Assembly (NCBI RefSeq): GCF_009914755.1
Contig: NC_060942.1
DNA: 64,000 nucleotides
Direction: 5' to 3' (one strand)
Source: the human T2T-CHM13v2.0 reference genome, Homo sapiens
Shown here: in pieces, positions 1 to 15,671 of the stretch
How the letters are laid out: each line of letters begins with the position of its first letter
Numbering within the stretch: the first letter of the stretch is position 1
Notes under the pieces: model-generated
Told to the model about the DNA's origin: nothing
Seen by the model: the letters and a program-made list of their open reading frames with translations, nothing else
Databases searched by the model: none
Program-made: the position numbers and the translations under genes

Positions 1-100
1 AGAAATATGAATTACTAAAACGATTTTAACTGAGTTATTTTGCCAAAGCAGTATACTTCCTTAGTTTATACCACCTTTTACACCTCATTCTTTTCTTTCA

Positions 101-563
101 GTATCAGAGTGGATAATACTGTGTCCCCCAAAAAGACATATCCAAGTCCTACTTCCTGGTACCGGAGAAATAGGTGTTATTTCTTATTTGGAAATATGGT
201 CTCTGCAGATGCCGTCAAGTTAAGATGAGGTCACACTGGCTTAGAGCGGGACCTAATCCAATGAATAGTGTCATAAGGAGGAAATCTGGACACTCATAGA
301 AACCCAGAAAGAATTCCATGTGACAGAAGAGGCAGAGACTGGAGTGAGCAGCTGTAAGTCAAGGAACGCCAAAGCTTGTCAGCAACCCCCAGACGCTGGA
401 AGCAGCAAGGATATGCTCCCCTAGTGCCTTCAGAGGAAACTTGGCCCCACAGACACCTTGATTCTGTCTTCTAACCTTCAGAACTATGAGGATACATTTC
501 TGTTTTTTTAAGACACAATTTGTTGCCTTAAGTTTGTTACAGCAAACCTAGGAAGCTTATACA
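101..563 (+). mobile_element. MaLR solo LTR, MLT1C/B-like
   Basis: Motifs ttatttggaaat..gtctctgcagatg..agttaagatgaggtcac and gacaccttgatt..cagaactatgag..tttctgtt; end gaagcttataca. Confidence 0.85.
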
Positions 564-585
564 GGCATATTGAAAACCATACTCA

Positions 586-913
<328 letters not shown>

Positions 914-1384
914 TCAGACTTCCATCTTTTTGGATATTCTTTATTTTTAATTAGTAAATATTACACAAGGATCCACTAAGTGGAAGCTACTATTTTTCAT
1001 TAAAAATAATAAGGAGAATATGCTTTTTCTTATATTGGATTCTCTTGGGACAAAATGGTATTTTTTCCTAACTTTTCTCTTCCAGTCTTACTGCCCCTAC
1101 TCCAAGAGACATGAGGTGATGGAAAAAATCTATCTTAATGCTCTTCCAGCCTAAAGATGGCAGCTTTTTACCTGATCATGTCAATAGTCCAATTCATGCT
1201 CCAGACCAACAGGGCTGCCATGGACATTCCCTGTAACCACCGCGATGTCCATGGCTTCGTGGGATGGATGGGAGTCATAAGATATGACGGGATAGAACAC
1301 GTTCCAAAACCTGGGATCAGGCCTTCTAATCTAACCTGAGACAATCAAGTAGCCTTGGGAAAGGGCTTCTTCATTCAAGTCAGC

Positions 1385-2270
1385 TCCTCACCCGAGGACC
1401 CAGACCTGTATGTCCAAGTGCCAGTCCTTCCTCTCAAGTGGAACAAAATCCATGCTGAACTACTGAGCTCCCCAAATCTGCTTTCTAGGCCACCAACCTG
1501 CCTAGCTATAACCAAAAACTCAGAGCCATCCTTGACTTCTGTCCTCACCCCAAATTAGCAAGTCCTATTAGTACCACTTTTAAAACACTCAAAATCCAAC
1601 CATTTGTCACCTCTCCTCTGCTACCTCTGAGTTCAGCCAGCACCCTCTCATCATTATCACTGCCACAGCCTCCTAAGGGATCCCATTTATACCCTTTTCC
1701 CCTAGGATGTATGCACAGCCAGCAGCCAGGGTAGTCTGGGACATACATGAGATCCTGTCACTCCTCTGTTCAAACTCTCCAAGGGCTCCCATGCCTCTTG
1801 GAGTAAGAGGTGCCTGCAATGGCTCATAAAGCCCACTGACCTCATCTACTCATGATACTCAGTGAGTCTCAGGTTTCTTCCCTGCTACTAACTAAAGGCC
1901 ATTGCACTGCTAATTTCTTCTTCCCAGAATCATCTTCCCCCAGGTATCATGTAACTGACTCCCTCATCTCTTTCTGGTCTTTGCTCAAAGGTCATCTTCA
2001 AGGAGACCCCCTCAGAAGACACTGTGTCGCTACAACTCCCTGTCCCAGCCATTTCCAATGCTGCTGTTTTTCCCTTCATTTTCATCATTTCATCTTCCTA
2101 ATACATAGTATTGTTCAACTGAGTGTGCTGTTTATGTGCCTCTCTCCCTTTCTCCTTTAGAGAGTAAGTTCCTCAACCACTGGACTTTTGTCTGTTTTGT
2201 TCATGAATACATTCCCAGGATCTAGAACACTGCCCAGCACAGAGTGAGTTCCATGAATACATGATTAAGA
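1385..2270 (+). mobile_element. L2 LINE 3' fragment
   Basis: gtcactcctctgttcaaactctcca..ggctccc; 3' end tctagaacactgcccagcacagagtgag..atgaata. Confidence 0.8.
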
Positions 2271-3084
2271 AAGGAGTGGTAACGGGAAGTTATATCATCT
2301 CAAGACATACTTTCCATCAAGAAGTCACTTGCTTTTTGCTAACAGAGAAGTCAGGAATAGAAAACAGCATAGTATTCTCGAGTAGTCTCCGAGAGCCCTG
2401 GCTGGGAGATGGTTTCCTGAGAAGATGGTGGATTATCAAAAACAGACAGGCATATGTGCCTGGAGGTTCTCAACAGCTTGTCGGGGGAAGGTGGGCCGGT
2501 GCCTTCAGGGGGAGGTAGCAGGCGAGCCAGGAGGGCTCATGGAGGATGTGTACACCAAGTTTTTAGGCCCATCACAAACTTCATCCCAGTTCTCTGCGTG
2601 ACCATTTATTAGCAAGGCTCTGAAGAATGGACATACTGCAGGGGCACACTGCAGTCTGCAGGGAAAAGAAAGTTTCCAGAAAAGGAGCCTACTTTCTATT
2701 TTGCAATACCACTGACAGAACACACTCTACTGGCTCGCCAAGATCCAGCTGTATAAGGAAACAGGAGTTTTCCAGGCCCCCTGGGGACCAGTAAACCAGC
2801 CACCATGTGCGGCAAAGCTGTGACAAGCAGGCAAGACTTTGACCTCCGCCTCATGCTCGTGCTCTGTTAGGCTCTGACATTAAAGGGGGCAGCTCGCCAA
2901 CAAACTGCTGGCAGGAGGAAGATAAATTTATTATTTGAAAGCCTTTTGGGCAAAAAAAAAAAAAAGTCATTTAATCTTCCTTCATAAACAGCTCTTTTTA
3001 TAACACATTTGTGTTGAGATCATAGTCAAGGTAATTAGAAATGTATTTGGTCTTTACTTTCTCATTAAGGTGTTGAAGCACTGG

Positions 3085-3440
3085 CAATTTGCTCTAAAAT
3101 TCAGTGGCTTAGGAAAACCACCATTTTATGATATCTTACACTTTTGTGGGTCAAGGATTTGGGCAAGGCTCAGCTGGGAGGATCTTCTGTTTGGGTGTGG
3201 CATTAAAGGTCCCATTGTGTCACTTAACTGGCAGATGGGCTGGCTAGAGGATGCAAGCAGGCATTCTCATGTCTGGTATCTTTGCAAGGATGGCTGGAAG
3301 GCTCAGCTGGGACTGTCACCAGAACACGTAAGTGTGACCTCTCCAGCATGATGGTCTCAGGTTGAACCTCCTAAGTGGTGGATCTAGGCTCTAAGATTAA
3401 GGGTCCCAATGAACAAGGCTGCATGTTCATGTTTTAAAAC
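3085..3440 (-). mobile_element. Ancient MaLR LTR (MLT1G/H-like)
   Basis: cagtggcttaggaaaaccaccatttt..tgtgggtcaaggatttgggcaaggctcagctggg resembles a reversed MLT1 terminus. Confidence 0.6.
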
Positions 3441-3654
3441 CATCACAGGGTTGTTCCTAGATTACCTACACAATGTATCTTTGATTTTGTACCCACAGTG
3501 GGATTCAGGTGCTCACTGGCCTCCCTACCTAACAACTCAATCATTTCAGCCATTAATTAAGCCCGTTTAGAGATCTAGCAATGTGCAAACACTGGCAGAT
3601 ATCAAAGGAAATGGCACATGGCTTGCAATGAGTGAACATATACAATGGCCAAGG

Positions 3655-4112
3655 TCATAGACATCTGTTCTTTTAGCTTGCCTAGCATCCAAGCTTTATT
3701 TTGGAAATGGTACTTCCATTTTCTTTTGGGGAATGATGACTTTTCCTGTCATCTCATGCGATTCAGGTGGTCCCATGACCTAGATGTGGCCAAGCAGAAT
3801 ACAACTTACTTGCCCACTCTCAGCATGGCAGTTGTTCAAATATTGATATGTAGCTCAACAAGAGTACATTCCAGTACTTTTCTATGATCTGGAGAAAAAA
3901 AAAAGGCATGAAGGATAGCGAGAGGGGAGCACCAGAAAGTAATTTCATAAGCAGAACCAAGGGAAAGAGGCTGAATCCTGATGATAGGGTTTCAGGCTGC
4001 CTGAAGCCAGCCTATCCCTAGAATTTGCAGTTACATAAGCCAATAAACTTCCTTTGTTGGCTGTGAACAATTCTGAATTGGGTTTCTTTCACTTGCTACC
4101 GAGAGTGCCGAC
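3655..4112 (+). mobile_element. Ancient ERVL/MaLR-type LTR (subfamily uncertain)
   Basis: 3' end cctgaagccag..cagttacataagccaataaacttcct..ttgggtttctttcacttgc is typical of old LTRs. Confidence 0.6.
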
Positions 4113-4442
4113 TTGAATCCAGAAACAATGAGAGAGGACAACATAGTATTGGGATCAATGGAAACACTCCAAAAGATTAAAAGGCACTTATGGAATGAGC
4201 CTCTAATGCTAGATGTCAAAGGCCATTGAAATAAGGATCTCTGAGCAGTAGAGCCCAGATCAGCTACCTGCAAATCACACCATGCAGGTTGTAGACTACT
4301 GGACTATGTGAGAGCAGCATGGTTCAAGTCACTTTGCTGCAACTCACTCCAAAATGCCTACTTCTTGGCTTCTTGAATTAAACCAAATAACACCAACTTA
4401 AGAAGCACTGGGCACTAAATAGCTTAGAGTTGCCACCTTTTC

Positions 4443-4456
4443 CCACTAGGTGGCAG
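4443..4456 (+). promoter_or_regulatory. CTCF-like motif CCACTAGGTGGCAG within a 13-bp inverted repeat (4426-4460)
   Basis: Close match to CTCF core CC(A/G)C(C/T)AG(G/A)(G/T)GGC; binding not demonstrated. Confidence 0.45.
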
Positions 4457-4981
4457 CTCTGCATCAGGGAGGTAGAAATTTGGGGTCTGACAAACTGACT
4501 AGAATTAGGACCCTTAAAAGCGAAGTACTGGTGGTTTGGATGCCATCTTAGAGTAAGAAGATAATAGGAAATGTAAGATGCCAAAAACCTAGAAAAGTCA
4601 ACCATTCATTTAGTATCTACTCTGTATTTAGCACTGGGCTGCTGTATCCTGTAGATTCAAACAAAATCCAACACAGATGTCCTTAAGAATTAAAATATTG
4701 CTGAGAAGCCAAGACCAACCTGCAAAAGCTTTAAGGTTCAAAACAAGAGAACAAATAACTAAGCATTGAATTTTCTGCTCTAGGCAGAAAGGGCTGTAGG
4801 GATCTCCACAGTCTCAGTGTTGGAGTCCTCCCAAGCTATTCACTTCATTGATGAGGAAACCAAGGCCCCCAAAAATGGCACAATGGCCTCAGGATCACGA
4901 GGGCACTGACAGTTGAGCAGGCAAGGAAGGGCTCATTTATAGGCATTCTGGGCTGGGACCTGACAATTGGGAACAATCTGG

Positions 4982-5252
4982 TTTTTTTGAGACTGAGTCT
5001 TGCTCTATTGCCCAGGCTGGAGTGCAGTGGCTCACTGCAACCTCTGCCTCCCAGGTTCAAGCGATTCTCGTGCCTCAGCCTCAGCTAGGATTACAGGCAT
5101 CCGCCACCATGCCTGGCTAATTTTTGTATTTTTAGTACAGATGGGGTTTCACTATGTTGGCCAGGCTGGTCTTGAACTCGTGGCCTCAGGTCATCTACCT
5201 GCCTCGGCCTCCCAAAGTGCTGGAATTACAGGCGTGAGCCACTGTGCCCAGC
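4982..5252 (-). mobile_element. AluS
   Basis: Reverse-complement Alu starting with polyT. Confidence 0.95.
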
Positions 5253-5259
5253 CTTTAAA

Positions 5260-5601
<342 letters not shown>

Positions 5602-8557
5602 TAAAGCAGAAGGGCACAGGAGAGTAGACCAAGGGGAGGACCACAAGGGACAAGTCAGGCATTCCCTTCTGAGACTAATGTTTTTGAAACTGCCTTTAAG
5701 CATTCCATGCTTAAGTGATTTAATTAGTAAGAGGGGACAATCCAAACAGCCTCCTCCTCCTTCCCTGGGCACAGCTCTCAATAACTCACACTTTGGGAGC
5801 TCGCAGGGAGAGTATCTTGTAAAATCAGCTGTGGTGATGAATGTAAAAAGCAAGTTTGAAGCAGTGAAGCACCACACAAGTATTTATGCAATTACACAAG
5901 GATGATATTTTTTAATTAACAAGAAAGACTAAAACTTCCTTATTCTTATGCTGCTAAGCTCGCGACGAATTACATGAAAATAACACTGGTATAATTCTCC
6001 ATTCCCAGCTCTTACATTTCCTCTCTGGTCTAGTTCTCCCTCCAAGATCACTGCTCTGAGAATCACTGCAGATCATTTTTCCAGGGGGACATTAGTTTTC
6101 TCTGGTCCAAATTCAGGCGTATTGTTTCATTATTTATTGCCAACAGCATTAGTTCTTCCTCTTGCTATTGCGCTCGGGCCCATGCCGAGAACAGAACATG
6201 GCCTTCCTCTATCATCATCTGTACATTTCATTAAGCCGTGTTTTCAGGCTCCTCTGGATCCCTCACGCAGTTAATAAAGGATACTCAGCCAGCAGTGACC
6301 CTAGAGGCAAAACATTGAGAGAACTGTCTACATTGTTAAGAGGTCAAATAGCCAACAGAACGAAGCCAATCCATTCAAAGACAGGCTGCTTCTTCCTAAA
6401 TTTAGGGTTTGTTTTTTTTTTTTTAAAATAAAACCTATGCATAAAATTTTATACTGAAATATTAGAATTATCTTATGGTATCAACATTCCACTTGGCATG
6501 GCACCCAAACATAAGTGACAAATTTTATAATTGCATAAACTCCAAAACAAAGGTGATATCTTGACTTAACATAGGAAAATGTTTATCAAATTATAGATAC
6601 ATATGTGTTGACCCCAAGGTAGACATGGCCAATATGGGAACTAAGACAGATCTGGCAGATGTACGTACAAAATTGCAGGAACTGCATTAAATGTGAGGAA
6701 GAAGTGAAGGACTTCTCAGAAATTGGGGTCTCAACAGCCTAAACATACTAGGGACCTGAATCCAACTGGAGAGAAAAATCTGGAATAAATGTGACAAGCT
6801 AAAACTCAAACTGAAGCCAAGTATAATCATTTTGCAAAATGGAAATGAGGCCCTCAAAGGGCTATACTCTTAATGAAACAATGGCTTTAAAAAACCGCAA
6901 ACACAAAACAAAACAAAAAAGCTCTGCAAGGGGAAGCAGCAGGGAAACTTACTCATTTGGGCCTTAGCTGTAGACAGAGAAAAGGCCTCCCCCACTGTGA
7001 ATCTATCATCACAGATCTGTGTCCACACAGCTTCAGGGACTGCATTTAGACTAAATGCATGACCTGCGATCCCTAAAGCAACAACATTAACCAAAAGTGG
7101 TCTCAGAAGGCACTTCCAGGTATCTGGCAGAAGCAAACAAGTGTCCCGTGGAGGCCTGCTCTCAAGCCAGGGCCTTTTGGACTGCCACAGATTATGACAG
7201 TTAAATATGGGTTCCCAATAAAAAGTGAAAAATACCGAGGAAAGCAAAACTATGAGCTAGAGTTGGTAAAAACAAGAAATAGCAAAAGAGAGAAATAGCA
7301 TACCCAAGGATATCAGATCGGCATCTTCAAATGCATAGTATAAAATAACTAAATTAGAAATATCATTTATTTAAAATAATTAAACTAAAACATGAGCGAG
7401 GAACAAGAGTTAAATGACCAGGGAGATTTGAAAAAGAAACAATTTCTACATATGCAAAATACATAATAGCTGATACTAAAAACTCAAATAGGTCAGATAG
7501 AGTCGACACAGTTAAAGAATGAATTACCTACTTGAGGAAACATCTCAGTACACAGCACAAAGAGGAACAAAATGAAAGAGGGATTAAGAGACAGGGAGAT
7601 GGAATAAGAAGGTTGAACATATGTCTAATTAGAAACCCAAGAGAAAGAAGAAACAGAAGATAACAGCTGAGGGTTCTCCAGAATTGATGAAAAACATAAA
7701 TCTTCAGATTCTGAGAGCACAAGAAATTCCAACTGAGGAAAGAAGGGACCTAGATATAAGCAAAGTAAAAAGTAGAGACAGCAAAGCCACTCTAAAGGCA
7801 GAGAAGAGATTGATTACTTCAAAGCAACGACGTTTTGATATTAGACTTTTGCAGCTACAAATGGAGGCCAGATGACAATGAAATCATAGCTTCGAAGTAT
7901 TGATGGGAAGCCCCTAGCAATCTAGAATTGCGGATATGGCTAAACTGACATTCAAGAAATTAAGCAAAATAGTATTTTTAGCAAACAAAAAGAGAAAGTA
8001 AAGTACAAACAGTATGTCACCATAGGACTTGCTAAAGGATGTATTTCATCAAAAAGGGTAATTATCTCAAAGGGAAAACTGAAATAAGGGAAAACTGAAA
8101 TAAGGAAAAACAAGCAAACTGAACAATGTGGAGAAATTTTTTAAAAATAAACAAGAAGAAACAGTAATTTAAAAAATCTAATTTCCGGGAATTGGAATAA
8201 AGATATATCCAAAATACTGATTAAAAATCACAGATACAATAGAAAGGGATGATCAAAGCTAAAATATTCTAATAAAATACTGTGTTATTCAGGAAGAGAA
8301 GAAGATATTTGTGAACAATAGACATGAAGGTGATTGTTCACCTAAGAGTAACCCACTAATATCTGCAAATGGAATGTCTAACTTCTAAAAACTGTACAGG
8401 AAGAGTATTTTTAGATTAAAAAAAAAAAGCTCAAGATAGGAAAGTAAAATAAAGGCAGCAGCTGCATAGAAAAAGCACAAAATGACATGGCAGAAATAAT
8501 TTATCAGAAATGCCAATAGAGTTTTAGAAAAGAGATTAGATTTTAGAAGCCAAATTC

Positions 8558-8994
<437 letters not shown>

Positions 8995-11077
8995 TCATTT
9001 ACATCTTGGCACTACCTAGAAAAGAGGCGAACATTTTTAACCGTAGACCCTGCCTCAAATAGGTCTATGTGAAATGCACAGAGCAATACATTTTGAAGTT
9101 GTCCCAGATCTAGGCATCTGGAGATGAGTTCAGAAATTCTCTCTAACAACTTTTATCCAAGGCCTTAAGAGTTCCAAGGAATTCACACATAAAGATCCAA
9201 GGACAAGGACTTACAGTCAAAAGTCACAAACACAAAGGAAACCTAGACAGAGCAAGACTTACCACACATTTAATATTCCAAGTAATGAGAGGCCTCTTTC
9301 AAGAATACAGTAAAACCAACATTTATAGAGAAACAAAACAGAATGTTTACCAACAGATCCTCACACTAAAGGAAAGTCTTCACAACATGCTTTGGACAGA
9401 AGAAATATTGTCCAACATAAAAGATCCAAGATAGAAGGAATAGTAAGCAAAAAAGAATCTGTTTATACATGGATACAACTAAACAGATACTGACTGTAAA
9501 ATAAACAATAGTATCTAACTTGTGGAAGGAGAATAAGATATAATTAAAATACTGGATGACGATAGCATTTACACTGGGAAGCAGTGATTACCTTGATAGT
9601 GTCTTTAAATGCAAATAATTAGCATTAATCTTTGGTGTGACTTCTAATATTCTAATGAGGTTTGTGTGAACATTCCCCTGGGTAAAATTCTACAAGTTTT
9701 TGAAGCAGAATTTTCAGCAAATGCTGGAACTGTAATTAGAGTTCTCCCAATGCATTACCTTAAGAAAAGATCAAGAATGGAGGTTATGTAAATAATCTGC
9801 ACACATAATTCAAAAGGTTGAATCCCAGCAGTACATTTGGAATTTATACAAACAATTATAAATCAAGTTCACTTTATCTTATGACAAACAACATGATCTT
9901 AATTTTTCATGATCTTTAGTATTTCTATCCTTGGTGCTATATCTTTCACTATTAGTCTCTCACGTTTTAATGTTCAATGATGTTACAATTCTTGATCCAA
10001 TGAAATTAAAATTAGACGCTTTGCTAAAATGAAACACAACAGAAGAAAAGTGATAAACCATGTTAATAGTCTGATTTATCCATCAATTACAAAGAGGTGT
10101 GTTAAAATCTCAATCCAAAAGTAAAACACACCACACACACCCTCACCCATCCACCCCAGAAGGACAGATAAAACAAAATTAGCCTACAGATAAAGAAGTA
10201 GCATAAAGAAAGCTAAGGTGTACAAAGGAATGAAAAAAACAACTCATTAAAGTTCATTCTTTGGAATAAACCAGGCAAACCTCTGGAGAGATTAATGAGG
10301 AAACAAAAAGATGACAATATTAGGAATCACAATTGGAGCATAACTTCAGATGCAACTGATTTAAAATATAATGAATTTCATGCCTATAAAATTTTAAACT
10401 GTGATTTAAAAATTGTGGAGAAATGAACAAATTCCTAGCAAAATACAACTTAATGAAAGTGATTCAAGAGGATATGGAATACCTGAATATTTCTGTAACC
10501 ATTCATTAAAGTGAATTCAATTAAAAATCTTTTTACAAAATAAAAACCAGGCCTGGATCACTTCCTAGGCATGCTCTAACCAAGCATGCAAGCAACAAAT
10601 AATCCTAGTTTACACAAAAATCTTTCAAAAAATAGAAAAAGAGGAAATAATTTTTAACTAGCTTTGAGGTTGGCATAACCTGGATAACAAAACCAAAGAC
10701 ACCATGAGAAAAGAAAATTACAGGAGAATTTTAGGAACATAGATATAAAATATTGGAAAACTGTTTCTCACCATGTACAAGAAAAGTAAGGCATCATGAA
10801 CAAAATGGGTTTAACTTAGGAATGCAGAGTTTGTTTAAAATCATGTTATCTCAAAACATGAAAAGATGATCAATAAAATTTGACAGTGATTTCAAAATAA
10901 CACACTCTTAGCAAGTAAAGAATGGATTTATGCTTTTATAACCAATAGAGAACTTTCACACGCATAGAAACATGCTTGCAAATAAACTTTATGGTGAAAT
11001 GTCTAAAGCGTTTCAAGATCAGCACAAGATAAGGATATCAACTTTCACCAATTCTACTGCACAGTGTACTAGAGCAA

Positions 11078-11264
11078 CGAACGGTTCTTGAAGTGTGGTC
11101 CTGGACCAGCAGCATCAGCACCACTAGAGAACTTGCTGTAAATGCACATTTTCTGGCTTTACCCTAGACCCACTGAATCAGAAACTCAGAGTGAAGCTCA
11201 GCAGCCTGTGTTTTAATAAGCCCTCTACAAGTGATTCTGATGCACACTGAAGTTTGAGAACCAT
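11078..11264. mobile_element. MER5A (hAT-Charlie)
   Basis: ggttcttgaagtgtggtcc..accagcagcatcagca..actgaatcagaaactc..gattctgatgcacactgaagtttgagaacca. Confidence 0.88.
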
Positions 11265-11730
11265 TCAGATTTCAAGTAGACTAATAAGAAAAATATATAA
11301 AGCTTAGAAAAAACAAACTCACCTGTTGATATACTTGCTCTTAGAGAAACCCAAAACAATCCACAAGTTATCACAATCACAGGCTACCAAAACACACACA
11401 CATAGCCCAGATCTTAAATTAATTCACAAATGTCTTCAAGAAACAACAAATACAACTTTAAAAGGATAGCATTTATAATATTAAAATTAGGTTTTCGGAG
11501 TAAGTCTAGCAAAAGACATGCTTTTTACAGAAAAATTAGAACATTTCATAAAAAGATTAAAGAACTTTTAAGAGTAGATCTACACTATGTTCATAGATAA
11601 CAAGAAATCTAATTTGAGAGTAACTGGTTTACTTTAACCTTTAGATTGGATTACTTTTGGTGCATCTTATTTTGGCAGAACTTGACTAATTGTAAAATTT
11701 GAGAGGGTAAATGGCATCCAAAACTACAGG

Positions 11731-11955
11731 TCTGCTTGGGCCCAGGAGTTTGAGACCAGCGTGAGCAACATGGCAAAACTTTGTCTCTAAAAAAATTGAA
11801 AAATAAGCCAGGCATGGTGGTGTGCACCTGCAGTCCCAGGAGTGGAGGCTGAGGTGGGAGAATGGATTGAGCCCGGGAGTCCAAGGCTGCAGTGGGCCTT
11901 GATCACAACCCACACTCCAGCACAGGTGACAGAGCAAAACCCTGTCTTAAAAAAT
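11731..11955 (+). mobile_element. 5'-truncated AluJ
   Basis: Starts at tgcttgggcccaggagtttgagaccagc; right arm and A tail present. Confidence 0.88.
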
Positions 11956-11959
11956 AAGA

Positions 11960-14290
11960 AACAAAGCTAATCCACCATGATCAAGTAGGTTTTATCCCTA
12001 GGATGCAAGGATGATTCAACATATGTTAATCAAGAAATGTGATTCATCACATAAACAGAAATAAAGGCAAAAACCATATGATTATCTCAATAGATGCAGA
12101 AAAGACTTTTCATAAAACTCAATGCCCCTTCATGTTAAAAAATCAACAAATTAGGCATTGAAGGAACGTACTGCAAAATAGTAAGAGCCATCTATGACAA
12201 ACCCATAGCCAACATCATACTGAATGGGCAAAAGCTGGAAGCATTCCCCTTGAAAACTGGCACAAGACAAAGACGCCCTCTCTCACCACTCCTATTCAAC
12301 TTAGTACTGGAAGTTCTGGCCAGAAGTTAGGCAAGAGAAAGAAATAAAAGGTATCAAAATGTTAAGAGAGGTAGTCAAACTTTCCCTGTTTCCAGGCGAT
12401 ATGATTTTATACCTAGAAACCCCCATAGTCTCTGCCCAAAAGCTCTTTGATCTGATAAATTCAGCAAAGTTTCAGGATAGAAAAAAAGTTAATGTATGAA
12501 AATCAGTAGCGTTCCTATATGCTAACAACATCCAAAGCCAAGGGGCCAAATAAAGAATACAATCCATTCAAAATAGCCAGAAAAATAATACAATACCTAG
12601 GAATATAGCTGAACAGGGAGGTGAAAGATCTCTACAGAAAGAATTACAAAACACCAAAGAAATCAAAGATGACTCAAACAGATGGAAAAACATTCCATGC
12701 TCACAGATAGAATCAGTATCATTAAAATGGCCATACTCCCCAAAGCAGTTTACAGAGTCAATGCTATTCCTATGAAACTACTACTGACACTCTTCACAGA
12801 ACTAGAAAAAACGATTTTAAAATTCATTATGGAGCCAAGAACGAGTCTGAATAGCCAAGGCGATTCTAAACAAAAAGAATAGAGATGGAGGCATCACATT
12901 ACCTGACTTCAAACTATTAGGTTACAGCAACCAAAACAGCATGGTGCTGATACCAAAACAGATACACAGACCAATGGAACAGAATAGAGAGCCCTGAAAT
13001 TATGCCATACCCCTACAACCATCTGATCTTCAACAAAGTCAACAAAAACAAGCAATAGGGAAAGGACTCCCTATTCAATAAATGGTCCTGGGATAGCTGG
13101 CTAGCCATATGCAGAAGACTGAAATTGGACCCCTTCATTACACATATACAAAAATCAACTCAAGATGGATTAAAGACTTAAACATAATGCCCAAGACTAT
13201 AAAAACTCTGGAAGATAATCTAATAAATACCATTCTGGACACAGGAACTGGGAAAGACTACATGAGAAAGATGCCAAAAGCAATGCAAAAGAAACAAAAA
13301 TTGACACATGGGATCTAATTAAACTATTAGGGAGAAAAAACAACTTCTATAGAGCAAAAGCGGCTATCAACAGAACAGACAACTTACAACATGGGAGAAA
13401 ATATCTACAAACTATGTATCTGACAAAAGTCTAATATCCAGAATCTATAAGGAACTTAAATTCACAAGCAAAAAATCCAAACAACCCCACTAAAAAGTGG
13501 AGCAAAGGACATGAATGGACACTTTTCAAAACAAGACTGATGCATGGCCAAGAAGCATATGAAAAAATGCTCAACATCCCTCATCAGAGAGTTGCAAATC
13601 AAAACCACAAGCAGATACCGTCTCGTACCAGTCAGAATGGCTATCATTAAAAAATAACTGGAGCTGGTGAGGCTGCAGAGAAAAGGGAACGCTCCTACAC
13701 TGCTAGTGGAATGTAAATTAGTTCAGCCATTGTGGAAAGCAATTTAGTGATTTCTGAGAGAACTTTAAACAATGACCCCTCAATCCGATTACTATTATAC
13801 CCAAATAAAAAAACATTCTACCATAAAAACACATGCACACATATGTTCATTACAGTACTAGTCACAATAGCAAATACATGGAATCAACTGAATGCCAATC
13901 AACATTACAATGGATAAAAAAAATGTGGTATACACACCATAGAATACTACATAGCTATAAAAAAGAAGATCATGTCCTTTGCAACAACAGGGATGGAGCT
14001 AAAAGCAAACTAACACAGGAACAGAAAACCAAGCATTACATGTTCTCACCTCTAAGAGGGAGCTAAACATCACATCGTGTCCATATGGACACAAATAAGG
14101 GAACAACAGACTCTGGGGCCTGCTTGAGGGTGGAGGGTGGGAGGAGGGTGAGGACAGAAAAACTACCTATTGGGTACACTATCCTTATTACCTGGGTGAT
14201 AAAATAATCTGTACACCAAACCCCGTGACACAGATTTACCTATATAAACAAACCTGCACATGTACCCCTGAACCTAAGTTAGAAATAAAA
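11960..14290 (+). mobile_element. 5'-truncated older primate L1 (L1PA13-16-like): disrupted ORF2 RT/C-terminus plus 3'UTR
   Basis: Peptides [21 protein letters not shown] and [13 protein letters not shown]; 3'UTR aactacctattgggtac..aacctgcacatgtacccctgaacc. Confidence 0.93.
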
Positions 14291-14291
14291 G

Positions 14292-15345
14292 TGCAAATGT
14301 CCAAGAACCACCAAAATATTCCTGAAAAACAAAGTAGAGATCACTTTCTACCAAAGATACATAAACATATAGTAATCAGAATAGCTTGATATTGGTAAGG
14401 AAATAGACAAACAGGTGAATGGAACAAAATCAAAAGTCCAAAGGGATAACACGCACACATGAAAAGGTGAGTGATGGCATGGAAGGACAGAAAGCATTAA
14501 AATCGGTGAGGCTCGATGGTGTGGAGGACAGAAAGCATTAATATCGGAGAGGCTTGGACCCTGCCTTCCCATAAGGGGAAGAAAACGCAGCTGGATTCCT
14601 GTCTCATACTTTACATAAAAAAATTCTACATGGATTGGAGAAGGTGAAACTACAAAACTTTAGGAGAGAATGCAGGTAGATATTAAGAAAAAATGTATAA
14701 ACCATGAAGGAAAAAGGGTGATAAAATCGATTACATTAAAATTCAAATTTTTTTCATCAAAAAAACAACATAAACTTTCTGCAGCACATAACCTGACAAA
14801 GTATTAGTATTAAAATCTGTAAAGAATCAATGAATCAATAAAAGAAAAACAATCTGATAGAGAAATAGGTAAAAGGCATTTCACTGAAGGAAATGCAAAT
14901 GGTCCATTAACTCAGAAAGATGTTCTTAATCTCATTAAGAATCAGAGAAATGCAAATTAAAACTCCAAAGATACCATTTCATACCCACATGGAAAAAATG
15001 ATCACAGTGCCAACTGTCCAGAAGGTGAAATAACGGGAGTCTTCTTCCATTGCTAGTGGGAGTGTAAACTGACACCACCACTGGAGAAATAGTTCTCCAG
15101 CAAAATCAAACATCCCCCCTCCATGACTGTGTAGGTCCCTCCTTGGAGACATCCTCTAGAAAAACTTGCGCATGCATACCAGGAGGCACCTGTAAGAAGG
15201 TTCACAGCAGCAGTGTCATAAATGCAAAACATATGTCTAAGAACAATCCAAATGTCTATCAACATAGACATCTGCATGCAATGGAATACTGGGCTGCAGT
15301 GAAAATAGTCAACTGCATCAAAGGAATGATTCTCAAGAATACAAT
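14292..15345 (+). mobile_element. Continuation of ancient L1M ORF2/3' end
   Basis: atcagagaaatgcaaattaaaac, gctagtgggagtgtaaactg, caatggaatact. Confidence 0.75.
14473..14555. repeat. Imperfect tandem duplication, 2 x ~42 bp
   Basis: gatggcatggaaggacagaaagcattaaaatcggtgaggctc / gatggtgtggaggacagaaagcattaatatcggagaggctt. Confidence 0.9.
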
Positions 15346-15346
15346 G

Positions 15347-15671
<325 letters not shown>

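Noticed and set aside
12682-14066. ORFs similar to L1 ORF2p
   Set aside because: Fragments of a dead, 5'-truncated L1 with many stops and frameshifts.
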